Shown here: one piece after another, positions 1 through 8,930 of the stretch
Position numbering within the stretch: position 1 is the first letter of the stretch
Layout of the letters: every line of letters begins with the position of its first letter
Translations under genes and position numbers: made by a program
The notes under the pieces: generated by a model
Told to the model about the DNA's origin: nothing
What the model saw: only the letters and a program-made list of their open reading frames with translations
Databases searched by the model: none
Source: Candidatus Nanoarchaeia archaeon
Lineage (GTDB): Archaea; Nanobdellota; Nanobdellia; Woesearchaeales; SKIA01
Assembly: GCA_028279685.1 (NCBI GenBank)
Contig: JANQNG010000059.1
Coordinates: 26,945 to 90,944 of the forward strand
DNA length: 64,000 bases
Direction: 5' to 3'

Positions 1-323
1 CTCATATAGCTCCATTGAAAGTTGCAGTATTTCCTCTGATGAAGAAACCTGAATTACAAAAAGTTGCGAAAGAAATCTATGATGATCTCATGAAATCATT
101 TGTTTGTTTCTTTGATGAAGCAGGCAGCATAGGAAGGAGATATCTCCGAGCAGCAGAATTTGGCATACCTTATTGTATTACCATAGATTATGACAGCGTT
201 GAGAAAGGCGATGTTACTATTCGTGATAGAGATTCTGAAGAACAGAAACGCGTAAAGATAACTGACCTCAAAGAGAAACTCACAAAGCTTATTGATGATG
301 AGTTGAGTTTTGAGCAGTTATGA
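1..323 (+). CDS. glyS: Glycyl-tRNA synthetase, C-terminal anticodon-binding domain (partial, runs off window start)
   Basis: KVAVFPL...GSIGRRY...GIPYCITIDYDS...VTIRDRDS, HGTP anticodon-binding domain of the GlyRS type. Confidence 0.85.
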   Translation, partial: HIAPLKVAVFPLMKKPELQKVAKEIYDDLMKSFVCFFDEAGSIGRRYLRAAEFGIPYCITIDYDSVEKGDVTIRDRDSEEQKRVKITDLKEKLTKLIDDELSFEQL

Positions 324-1517
324 ACCTCTTATTTCTGATTTGAATTTTGAAAGTATTTCTTCAGAAGGTTTGATGCCTGAAAGTTTCTCCAGCATTTCTA
401 TATGTCTTAATGACTTTTTAACAATATCTGCATTATATGTGTATTTTGTATAACCTTTATACATTTCTTGTGCAGTCTCGTATGAAATGGGAATACCGAC
501 GAATTCGATTAAATCTTTTAGTTCTCTAAGATCTTCATAAAAAGGCTGGCTATGCAAGGCTGTTAAATATTTTTTGTATTGTTCTTGGACTTTATCATTT
601 ATTTTTTTTGAATCCAGTGCTATAGGATCGATACCAGTTAATTCTTTTAAATATTTAATATCCCAATATTTTTCACCACCAATATAATTAATAATATTTT
701 TTTCCAATACTTCTTTGGGAGCGTAAATGTTTAATTTTTTTTCTAGACTACTAATATTTCTGGAAAGTTCATTATACCTAAAAATATCCCCATAAACTGT
801 GTTTATCAATTCTTCATAATAATTCTTTTTTTTGCTTTCTTCCAGAATTTTTTTCATTTTTTTATACTTTTTTCTATTAGAGAACCAATTACAACGACTC
901 AATTTACATCCCATCTCGATGAACAATTCAATATTCTTATTTTTAGCATTTCTTTTGATGGATTTTTCGGATTGCTTAGATTTTATCTCAATCAGTCTCT
1001 CCAGATTTTCTATTCTATCGAATTGATTATATTCATAGAAAAAATCAAACCGTTTCTGGATTTTATCAGGATCTAATGTTTTTGGCTTTATACCTGTTAT
1101 TTCTTTGAAACTCAAAAGATTTTCTAATGAAAATCTCCATAAAAAATCATCATCTTTATAGATTGCCCCTTCGTATATCTTTTGAACTTTTTTACAAGGA
1201 AATTTTGGCTTGACTTTAACAGTATTGTATGTTTGTATTATCATAGTCACGAGTTTATGTTTCAAGAATTTGGAATAGATTTCTTGAATTATTTCTTCCT
1301 GTATTTCAGGTATTTTCAATCCTGCTCTTGTTAATTTCTCATTCAGACCTCTTGCATTTTTATTCCTCAAGGCAGCTATATATCCTTCTCTAATAGCATG
1401 AGGAGAGGGATCTACTCCTAAATTCGACTTAAGAGTCAGAATGTCATTAACACTATATAATCTCCCTCCAGCAATATATTCAATGAATAATCTGTCAATG
1501 TTTTCTGTCATTTTCAT
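318..1517 (-). CDS. Hypothetical protein with repeated L-x-E/K-L-T/S-G-I-x-P motif
   Basis: Probable start MKMTEN at 1517; the longer ORF-track start overlaps the TrmB gene; motif recurs about 8 times. Confidence 0.6.
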   Translation of the reverse strand: MKMTENIDRLFIEYIAGGRLYSVNDILTLKSNLGVDPSPHAIREGYIAALRNKNARGLNEKLTRAGLKIPEIQEEIIQEIYSKFLKHKLVTMIIQTYNTVKVKPKFPCKKVQKIYEGAIYKDDDFLWRFSLENLLSFKEITGIKPKTLDPDKIQKRFDFFYEYNQFDRIENLERLIEIKSKQSEKSIKRNAKNKNIELFIEMGCKLSRCNWFSNRKKYKKMKKILEESKKKNYYEELINTVYGDIFRYNELSRNISSLEKKLNIYAPKEVLEKNIINYIGGEKYWDIKYLKELTGIDPIALDSKKINDKVQEQYKKYLTALHSQPFYEDLRELKDLIEFVGIPISYETAQEMYKGYTKYTYNADIVKKSLRHIEMLEKLSGIKPSEEILSKFKSEIRGS

Positions 1518-1572
1518 CGTTTCTATATGCAACGCAATGTAACCATAATATTTAAATACTACTCCCCCCTTA

Positions 1573-2328
1573 ATGGAGAGTATGAAGAATTTGAAGGAAA
1601 TATTGAAGAAAATAGGTCTTACAGAGGGTGAGAGCCAAGTATACAATGCTTTGATAGAATTAGGCCAAACTACGGCCGGGAAGATTATCAAGAAAGCAAA
1701 TATAGCAAGTTCAAAAGTGTACGATGTTCTGCATAAACTGCAAGTCAAAGGATTGGTTGGCTATGTTATCAAAGAATATGTTAAATACTATGATGCGACA
1801 CCGCCTGAAAGATTAATTGATTTCTTAGAAGAAAAGAAAAGTAATATTTCTCAAGCACAGAATAAAATTAAAGAGATAATTCCTTTGATCAAAGCAAAAA
1901 GAGAAGAAAAAGAAGAAAAGAATAACGTTACTGTGTATACAGGAATTCAAGGACCAAAGATAGTTTTGAAAGAAACGATTGAAGCAGGACGTAGAGGGGA
2001 GAAACTTATAGGGTTTGGAACAGATGAGGATCCTTACAAAGATTATTTGCCAGCAGATATTGAAGATCATTTCAGAGATCAGAAAAAATACAAAGTGAAA
2101 TGGTACTTATTATTTACAAAGGGAAAATGGTCTTCTCCTAGTCCATACGCTGAAATACGATTCCTTCCTAAAGGCCAAAGTCTTCCTGTAAGAACAATGA
2201 TCTATGGAAATAAAGTTGCAATAGTAGATTTCAATAAGCCATTCACAACAGTCATAATAGAGAAGAAGGAAATAGCAGAAGCTTATAGGAATCAATTTGA
2301 AACATTATGGAAGATAGCTAAGAAATAA
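1573..2328 (+). CDS. TrmB-family transcriptional regulator
   Basis: LKKIGLTEGESQVYNAL wHTH, VYDVLHKL, C-terminal IYGNKVAI...FETLW. Confidence 0.9.
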   Translation: MESMKNLKEILKKIGLTEGESQVYNALIELGQTTAGKIIKKANIASSKVYDVLHKLQVKGLVGYVIKEYVKYYDATPPERLIDFLEEKKSNISQAQNKIKEIIPLIKAKREEKEEKNNVTVYTGIQGPKIVLKETIEAGRRGEKLIGFGTDEDPYKDYLPADIEDHFRDQKKYKVKWYLLFTKGKWSSPSPYAEIRFLPKGQSLPVRTMIYGNKVAIVDFNKPFTTVIIEKKEIAEAYRNQFETLWKIAKK

Positions 2329-2354
2329 TAGACAGAGATCTGTTGTTTGAGCAG

Positions 2355-2873
2355 TTATGAATCCGAATAAGGTAGGTGGATAATTTCTATATTTGGAAAT
2401 CGATGTTTGTCAAAATCGTCAAGTTCAGTATGGATAACAGAATCATCATCATGGTCAGTTCTTTCATGCTCTAAACCACAATAAGTATTATTGAATGAAA
2501 GTGTATAAACTTTAGTTATCTTTTGTTCTTTAAGATAATTTAAAACTTCTTCGCTTTGGGGTGCGCCAGACTCTGAAAGAGATATAATTTCAATAAGTTT
2601 ATTATTGACTTTTTGATAAAGACAATAGCCTGAACCGAAATGGTCTGTACGTGCTGCCCAACCATCAAAAACTTCAAAGAGAAAATATTCTCCATTATTA
2701 GATATTTCATGAGCTTCTTTTAGTGTATCAAGAATAGTTTCAAGATTTTCTGAGGTATGATTATCAAGCAAATCTTCTTCTTTCATATTTTTGAAGAAAT
2801 TTCTTACTATTTCATATGAGCGAGGATTCTGTGTGAAATATACTGCTAATTCTTCTGTTGTGCCCTTAAACAT
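2355..2873 (-). CDS. Hypothetical protein
   Basis: 172-aa ORF with upstream TATA-like TTTTATATA; no recognisable motif. Confidence 0.6.
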   Translation of the reverse strand: MFKGTTEELAVYFTQNPRSYEIVRNFFKNMKEEDLLDNHTSENLETILDTLKEAHEISNNGEYFLFEVFDGWAARTDHFGSGYCLYQKVNNKLIEIISLSESGAPQSEEVLNYLKEQKITKVYTLSFNNTYCGLEHERTDHDDDSVIHTELDDFDKHRFPNIEIIHLPYSDS

Positions 2874-2947
2874 GAGGAGAGAAATTTTTAGAAGTATATA
2901 AAATCTCAGTAACCTTTATAAAGAAATCTCTTGTTCTAAGCATATTT

Positions 2948-3077
2948 GGGAACGTAGCTCAGACTGGGACGACGCCCAACTTCGGTGTTGCAGCAAAGAG
3001 CACTACGCTGAAGACGTAGGTGAGCAATTCAGAATCTGGATTACCCTAAATCCTGGGTTCAAATCCCAGCGTTCCCA
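2948..3077 (+). tRNA. tRNA-Phe(GAA) with two 28-nt introns (2969-2996 D-loop; 3023-3050 variable loop)
   Basis: Acceptor GGGAACG/CGTTCCC, anticodon arm CTACG-CTGAAGA-CGTAG, T arm CTGGG-TTCAAAT-CCCAG; both inserts fold as bulge-helix-bulge; removal gives a 74-nt cloverleaf. Confidence 0.93.
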
Positions 3078-3201
3078 CTTTTTTTAATTTCTTCGTGTTT
3101 TTTATATCCTGAATATCTTCTGTACTTTGCCAGAATATTTTCAACTTTTTTGGGCAAAGCTCTATTAATAACTTCTTTCATTGCATTATTAAGGTGATAA
3201 T

Positions 3202-3429
3202 GTGAAAGAAATAATATTGACAAAAAATGCGAAAGTAAGAGCTGCTCAAAGAGGAACAACAGAAGCAAAGATCTCTTGGGCATTAAAGAACTCAGATTAC
3301 ACAAAATTAACAATAACTGATGTTAATGTTGCTGTGAAATCATTGCGTGATTCTGTGTTAAGAATATTCTTCAAAGAATTTCCGGAAAAACTGATTGTTC
3401 TTTCGGTAGTGAACAAGATTATCTTGTGA
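3202..3429 (+). CDS. DUF4258-like (RelE-fold) putative toxin
   Basis: IILTKNAKVRAAQRG...IVLSVV pattern; paired with DUF2283. Confidence 0.6.
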   Translation: MKEIILTKNAKVRAAQRGTTEAKISWALKNSDYTKLTITDVNVAVKSLRDSVLRIFFKEFPEKLIVLSVVNKIIL

Positions 3430-3438
3430 GGTGATAAT

Positions 3439-3669
3439 ATGATAACTGAGATAAAAGAAGAAAAGAGTAATATGCTAAGTGTTAAGCATGATAAGGAAGC
3501 AGACACAGTCTACCTTCATTTCAAAAATAAAATCTGCCAGAACGAAGTAATATTGACTTCCCAAGTAGTCGAAGATATTCTCTTGGATTTTGATAGCAGA
3601 GGAAGATTAATAGGACTAGAGATATTAAACGCAGAGAATGTTGTTCATGAGGATATGTTGCAGGAATAA
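3439..3669 (+). CDS. DUF2283 family putative antitoxin
   Basis: HDKEADTVYL...ILLDFDSRGRLIGLEILNA. Confidence 0.85.
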   Translation: MITEIKEEKSNMLSVKHDKEADTVYLHFKNKICQNEVILTSQVVEDILLDFDSRGRLIGLEILNAENVVHEDMLQE

Positions 3670-3686
3670 GGAAAACTTTAAATACA

Positions 3687-3989
3687 ATGACATATTCTAA
3701 TAACGTATGTTTTAAGGGTATGTTAGATGTCCGTTATCAAGAACTAAAGATTGATGTATCCAAAGCTGCAGCAACTGAATTGCTTAAGCATAATATGGAT
3801 CTTTATGATGTTAAAAAAGTTCTTGAGGAAGGCTCTACTAGTCCTAGAAAACGTAAAAAAGAAACTGTAGAGAAATGGCTCAATAAAGGCAATAAGACAA
3901 TTGAAGTTGTTGTTGTCAAAGTCTACGATGAAGTCATAAAACAACACAAGTGGTTATTGATTCACTGTGGGATATTTACTAAAAAATGA
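3687..3989 (+). CDS. DUF4258-like putative toxin
   Basis: Small basic ORF ending WLLIHCG, upstream of a Zn-ribbon/AbrB gene. Confidence 0.5.
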   Translation: MTYSNNVCFKGMLDVRYQELKIDVSKAAATELLKHNMDLYDVKKVLEEGSTSPRKRKKETVEKWLNKGNKTIEVVVVKVYDEVIKQHKWLLIHCGIFTKK

Positions 3990-4036
3990 AACCGGAAAAA
4001 TTGAAAATTTTGGGATTCATTTTTTGAGAAGAAAAA

Positions 4037-4336
4037 ATGAAGTGTCATAATTGTAATAAAGCTATGAAGCGAAGAACTGATCTGAAATTTAATAAACATA
4101 CTGTAAAAGGCTGGAAATGTTCTTGTGGAGAAGAATATTTTGATTCAGAAGATGCACAGAGAATATTATTATTGAATAAATTAAAGAATAAAGGTTTTGA
4201 ACTTAAACTCAATAGAGTAAAAAGTAATCTTATTCTCAGAATACCAAAAGAAGTCGGAAAAGCAATGGGCCTCAATGAGAAAGACATAGTACATTTTTCT
4301 ATGAAGAATGACAAGGAAATAGTGATAAAGACTTAG
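4037..4336 (+). CDS. Zn-ribbon (YgiT/MqsA-like) plus AbrB-like domain protein, putative antitoxin
   Basis: CHNC...CSCGEEYF, then NLILRIPKEVGKAMGL AbrB-like motif. Confidence 0.7.
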   Translation: MKCHNCNKAMKRRTDLKFNKHTVKGWKCSCGEEYFDSEDAQRILLLNKLKNKGFELKLNRVKSNLILRIPKEVGKAMGLNEKDIVHFSMKNDKEIVIKT

Positions 4337-5178
4337 CTCTTCGCTGCAATATACGATGCCAGAATAATCAACATTCCTCCGATTATTTCATTTAATGTAG
4401 GTAATTCAAAGAAAACAATCATAGCGAATATTATGGGAAAGAGAATATCTAATAATATGATTATTCCTCCGAGTTGTGCTTTTATCTTCTCGAGACCCTT
4501 GTAGATCATCACAAATGGTACTGCTGTGAAAACAGTACCTAGACACAGGACAATAAGGGAATCGTGAAGCGTGAATCTGGGTAAATCAATGAAGAGCAGA
4601 GGAAGTACAAAAGGAATTGCTATGATGTTCTGCCAGCAAGTAAGAGACAACTTATTATAATGCTTGAATGTCTTTGAGAGAACATACACCAATCCAAAAC
4701 CCATTCCTGCAAGCAATCCTGCTATTGAACCGATGAAGCTTTCAGTAACAAAGAATGATTGGGGAGAGAGCACTACAACGATTCCAATGATTGCAATCAA
4801 TAAGGCAATAAAAGTTTTTTTTGTTATCTTTTCTTTCAGTATAAGATGTGCGAATACAATCATCCATATGGAAGAGGAATACATAAGTAACACAGCAGAT
4901 GGAATTGATATGAACTGAATTGACAGGAAATACCCCAGTATAATGAAACCGTGGATTGCCCCGAAGAACAGTAATTTGCCTTTCTCCTTCTTTAATGGAG
5001 ATAGTTTTGATCGTGTGAGCTTTATCCAGATATATAATGCTATTGCAGCAATGGTTACTCTGAAGAATGACAGATTATATGCTCCAAAATTGCTTCCCCA
5101 TCTAACAATTAAAGGAATAAATCCTATCAGTGCACCAGCAATAATTATTTGCATCAATCCTTTCGTCTGTTGTTTCAT
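4333..5178 (-). CDS. EamA/DMT family transporter
   Basis: About 10 hydrophobic segments, AHLILKEKI, E-x-P...IIGGMLII. Confidence 0.9.
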   Translation of the reverse strand: MKQQTKGLMQIIIAGALIGFIPLIVRWGSNFGAYNLSFFRVTIAAIALYIWIKLTRSKLSPLKKEKGKLLFFGAIHGFIILGYFLSIQFISIPSAVLLMYSSSIWMIVFAHLILKEKITKKTFIALLIAIIGIVVVLSPQSFFVTESFIGSIAGLLAGMGFGLVYVLSKTFKHYNKLSLTCWQNIIAIPFVLPLLFIDLPRFTLHDSLIVLCLGTVFTAVPFVMIYKGLEKIKAQLGGIIILLDILFPIIFAMIVFFELPTLNEIIGGMLIILASYIAAKS

Positions 5179-5196
5179 GATAATGTCCTCTCAAAT

Positions 5197-5889
5197 CTAA
5201 TTATGTTCATAATAACAGTTAAACAATTTTTCCATGAACCTAATGAATGGTTTGTCTTTGATGAGCATGATGGTATTTGATTGTCTCATAACGAACAAGA
5301 GTTCCTTTCCATCATGAATAGACATAACAACGCCTTCGTTTTCTATAGGTTTTACCGTTCCTTGTAATTTCTTCCATTTTTCGAAGTTCTTTTTTGTTTC
5401 TTCATCGTAGCGGCCTAATGTCTTCATCTCTACATTCTTCTTTTTTCTTTCATTTAATATTCTGATAAATTCAGGATCGGTCTTGAAATCATATTTGACA
5501 TTATAATTATATTTTTTTGAGGAAATCATGCTTTTGATTATTCTTTTGAAATTACGCTCGCCTTTAACAATCTGAACGTTTTCATGTTCGTGACTTTCAT
5601 AAATTGCTTTGAATTGCTTTATTTGTTGCTCTGTTTTATCTAATACTTGTTTCTTCTTCTGTATATATTCGTTCAATGATTTTGGGTCTGAAGGAACGTA
5701 TTTCCTTGTTTTTTCTGGGATTGTTTTTGCTAGTCCTTTCTCTTCTAATGATGCCAGAACATCATAGATTCTTCCATAAGGGATTCTTGATTCCTTGCAG
5801 ACATGGGCTGCTGTGGTCTTACCTAGCTTGAGTAATGTTTCGTAAGCTTTAGCTTCATTCTGAGTCAATCCAATCTCGCTTAAATCCAT
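5197..5889 (-). CDS. TrmB-family transcriptional regulator
   Basis: IGLTQNEAKAYETLL...IPYGRIYDVLASLEEKGL. Confidence 0.9.
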   Translation of the reverse strand: MDLSEIGLTQNEAKAYETLLKLGKTTAAHVCKESRIPYGRIYDVLASLEEKGLAKTIPEKTRKYVPSDPKSLNEYIQKKKQVLDKTEQQIKQFKAIYESHEHENVQIVKGERNFKRIIKSMISSKKYNYNVKYDFKTDPEFIRILNERKKKNVEMKTLGRYDEETKKNFEKWKKLQGTVKPIENEGVVMSIHDGKELLFVMRQSNTIMLIKDKPFIRFMEKLFNCYYEHN

Positions 5890-5926
5890 AGTGTGGCTTC
5901 TGTATTGCTAGTTTATAACATTTTCG

Positions 5927-5954
5927 ATTTGCCACCTCGTTTGTGGTGGCAAAT
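5927..5954. promoter_or_regulatory. Palindromic operator between divergent TrmB and orphan genes
   Basis: ATTTGCCACC-N8-GGTGGCAAAT perfect 10-bp inverted repeat. Confidence 0.6.
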
Positions 5955-6020
5955 ATTAATATAATTGTGCCATTGTCAAATAAATATGATAACAGAAAAT
6001 TGTTGTGATGGTGGAAGAAA

Positions 6021-6443
6021 ATGAAAAAAGAAAAAAATAACAGAGTTGTAAAAATGAGGAAGAACTGGGAGAACTATGGTGCTTCCATAAATACAAATGA
6101 TAATTCAGAATGTGCTAATGACAGCTATAAGGAAAGCGCTCTTTCAGTTGATGAATTTTTTGATGATAAAGAAATAGATAAAATGAAGCGCATATGGGGT
6201 AATATTGTAGAGTATTCTGTCACACCCATTGATAAATCTACACAATCGTTGGAAGTGGTTCTACAGAATTGTTTGTGGCAGATGAGACCAAAATGTTGCA
6301 TTGGCAAAAAAAATGGAGATTATCAAATATTAGAATCATATCTTGAAAAATACAAAGGATCCGCGGTTGAAATATGGATGAAACGTAAGGAATTCGTAAT
6401 CAGGGCCATTAACTTTGGAGATGACGCGTTTGAAATTAAATAA
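6021..6443 (+). CDS. Hypothetical protein
   Basis: 140-aa ORF divergent from TrmB. Confidence 0.55.
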   Translation: MKKEKNNRVVKMRKNWENYGASINTNDNSECANDSYKESALSVDEFFDDKEIDKMKRIWGNIVEYSVTPIDKSTQSLEVVLQNCLWQMRPKCCIGKKNGDYQILESYLEKYKGSAVEIWMKRKEFVIRAINFGDDAFEIK

Positions 6444-6493
6444 TAGTTACCACAACAAAAACCTATATAAACATCATTTTTTCTTCACTTTCT

Positions 6494-7132
6494 ATGAAGA
6501 TACTCTGTTTTGCTGATCCTCATGGAGATATGCATGATATAGAAGCTGCTATGAAGAAAGCAAAGAAATGTGATTTCGCACTTTTGGCAGGAGACCATAC
6601 ATGGTTTGGCCAAGAAGAGGCAGATATTCTCAGGATAATCAATAAGTACAAGATCAAGACTTATGTTATCCACGGGAATCATGAAAATGAAGAAGAAACA
6701 GCAGCAATCGCAAAGAAGCTGAAATATGTCGATTTTGTCCATAGGAAAGTCATACGATTAACAGATCATGACAAAAATGCTGTTCTTGTAGCGTATGGAG
6801 GGGGAGGATTCTCAGCAAAAGACCCTGAGTTCGAAGCATTTATCAAAAAATCAAAAAAACAACTGAAAAAGAACGATAAGATTATTCTTCTCGTCCATGG
6901 ACCTCCCTACAAAACTAAGCTTGATCATATGCACAGCAGCTACGTAGGTTGCAAAAGCAGAAGAAACATTGTAAAAAAAGACAAACGCATCAAACTATTA
7001 GTGTGCGGTCATATTCATTTTGATTCATTGCTAGAAGCAGATGAAAACTCTTTCGAACGAGGTATCATCGACGAACTTGGCAACGCTGTTATCATCAATC
7101 CAGGACCTATGGGTGTTATTGTTGAGCTATGA
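6494..7132 (+). CDS. Calcineurin-like metallophosphoesterase
   Basis: DPHG, GD, GNHE, HGPP, CGHIH, INPG motifs. Confidence 0.9.
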   Translation: MKILCFADPHGDMHDIEAAMKKAKKCDFALLAGDHTWFGQEEADILRIINKYKIKTYVIHGNHENEEETAAIAKKLKYVDFVHRKVIRLTDHDKNAVLVAYGGGGFSAKDPEFEAFIKKSKKQLKKNDKIILLVHGPPYKTKLDHMHSSYVGCKSRRNIVKKDKRIKLLVCGHIHFDSLLEADENSFERGIIDELGNAVIINPGPMGVIVEL

Positions 7133-7176
7133 TGTTAATCCAAACATTTTAATACAATCTCTTCTCCACAGCCACT

Positions 7177-8292
7177 ATGTACGAATCTATTATCAAAATA
7201 AGAAATAGTATAATATGGTTTTTCTATAGATTCCTTCTCAAGCCAGTATGCTTTTCATTTGATCCAGAAGGTGTTCATAACTCATTTGTCAAGATAGGAT
7301 CTTTCCTAGGCAGCAATCCTATTACAAGAGGATTAGTCGCACTCAAATTCGGCTATCAGAACAAGATGCTTGAACAAACAGTATTGGGAATTAAATTCAA
7401 GAATCCTCTAGGATTAGCAGCGGGATTTGACAAAAACGCAGAACTGGTTAACATCATTCCCAGCGTAGGATTTGGCTTTGAGGAAATAGGTTCTATAACA
7501 GGAGAGCCTTGTGAAGGGAATCCTAAACCAAGGCTCTGGAGAATTCCTAAAAGGAAAACATTAGCAGTCTACTACGGATTAATGAATGATGGCTGTGAAG
7601 TGTTAGCAAAAAGACTAGAAAGAAAGAGGTTCAAAATTCCTATAGGAGTTAGTATTGCAAAGACGAATTGCAAAGCAACAGTAAGCACTCAACGAGGTAT
7701 TGATGATTATGTCAAAGCATTCAAGACAATGAAAAATATAGGGAAATATATCACTATCAATATCAGTTGTCCTAACGCTTATGGAGGGAAACCATTTACA
7801 GACGCAAAAAAACTAGATAAACTCTTAGCGGCAACTGATAAGATAAAGGTAAAGAAACCTGTCTTTCTTAAAATAGCACCAGATCTTTCGACAAAAGAGA
7901 TTGATGCTATAATACGTGTTGTGAAAAAACATAATATTCAAGGGTTTATCTGTTCTAACTTGACGAAAAAAATCAAAGATAAAGAATTAAAACAATTATC
8001 TAAACACACACAAGGAGGCCTCAGTGGTGTTCCTGCAAAAAAACAATCAACGGAACAAATAGCATACATTTACAAGAAAACAAAAGGCAAATATATCATC
8101 ATTGGCTGTGGAGGAATCTTCTCGGCAAAAGATGCTTATGAAAAGATCAAAGCAGGCGCTACATTATTGCAATTAATAACTTCTATGATCTATGAAGGAC
8201 CTCAGAATATTTCAGGAATCAATCAAGGATTGCTTAAACTTTTGAAAAGAGATGGATATAAAAACATCAAACAAGCAATTGGTACAAAATGA
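7177..8292 (+). CDS. pyrD: Quinone-dependent (class 2) dihydroorotate dehydrogenase
   Basis: DPE-x-H N-terminal helix, NPLGLAAGFDKN, GNPKPRL, NISCPN, LKIAPDL, GGLSG, IYEGP. Confidence 0.92.
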   Translation: MYESIIKIRNSIIWFFYRFLLKPVCFSFDPEGVHNSFVKIGSFLGSNPITRGLVALKFGYQNKMLEQTVLGIKFKNPLGLAAGFDKNAELVNIIPSVGFGFEEIGSITGEPCEGNPKPRLWRIPKRKTLAVYYGLMNDGCEVLAKRLERKRFKIPIGVSIAKTNCKATVSTQRGIDDYVKAFKTMKNIGKYITINISCPNAYGGKPFTDAKKLDKLLAATDKIKVKKPVFLKIAPDLSTKEIDAIIRVVKKHNIQGFICSNLTKKIKDKELKQLSKHTQGGLSGVPAKKQSTEQIAYIYKKTKGKYIIIGCGGIFSAKDAYEKIKAGATLLQLITSMIYEGPQNISGINQGLLKLLKRDGYKNIKQAIGTK

Positions 8293-8322
8293 GAATAAGA
8301 TAAAAAAATAAGAAAAAAGGGC

Positions 8323-8754
8323 TTATCGCCTCTTCTTCTTTCTCTTGACTTTCTTTTTGGCCTTCTTCTTTTTCTTTACTTTCTTCTTAGGTTTCTTTTT
8401 AGCCTTTTTCTTCTTTTTTGCTTTTTTCTTTTTCTTGGCTTTCTTTTTCTTCTTCTTTACTTTCTTCTTTTTCTTCACTTTCTTCTTAGCTTTCTTTTTG
8501 GCCTTTTTCTTTTTCTTTCTTCGTCCGCCGCCACCGACTTTCATCTTGGCACGGGCGATGTGACCGTGTTTGTCAATAAAGTACAGATAACCTGCTTCTT
8601 TCTTCACGCCGACTTTTGCGACAACTTGCTGTTTTGCTTTGCCTCTGCTTTTACCGCGGGCCATCTTTGACCTAGCCACATTACCTCTTCTGTCGACAAA
8701 ATAGAGATAACCAGGCTCTTTTTTCACTCCAACTTTTGCAACGACTTGCGCCAT
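8323..8754 (-). CDS. Small basic protein: two tandem VAKVGVKKExGYLYF(V/I)D repeats plus histone-H1-like Lys/Ala/Val tail
   Basis: GGAGG RBS before ATG at 8754; C-terminal ~65 aa mostly Lys. Confidence 0.8.
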   Translation of the reverse strand: MAQVVAKVGVKKEPGYLYFVDRRGNVARSKMARGKSRGKAKQQVVAKVGVKKEAGYLYFIDKHGHIARAKMKVGGGGRRKKKKKAKKKAKKKVKKKKKVKKKKKKAKKKKKAKKKKKAKKKPKKKVKKKKKAKKKVKRKKKRR

Positions 8755-8930
8755 TTTCCCTAAACCTCCTTTTTTCAAAAAAGTTATTTTTGATTCTTTG
8801 AGTATCTTCTTATTTATAAAACTTTTCAAAATGTGCTTTTTCCCGTCTTGATCAAGACTTATTAGCAATATTTATAAATATAGGATATGCGTATATTATT
8901 GTAAATGGGAAGAGGTGGATTTCCTTTCTT

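Noticed and set aside
8345-8563. Phe-rich plus-strand ORF
   Set aside because: Antisense shadow of the poly-Lys codons
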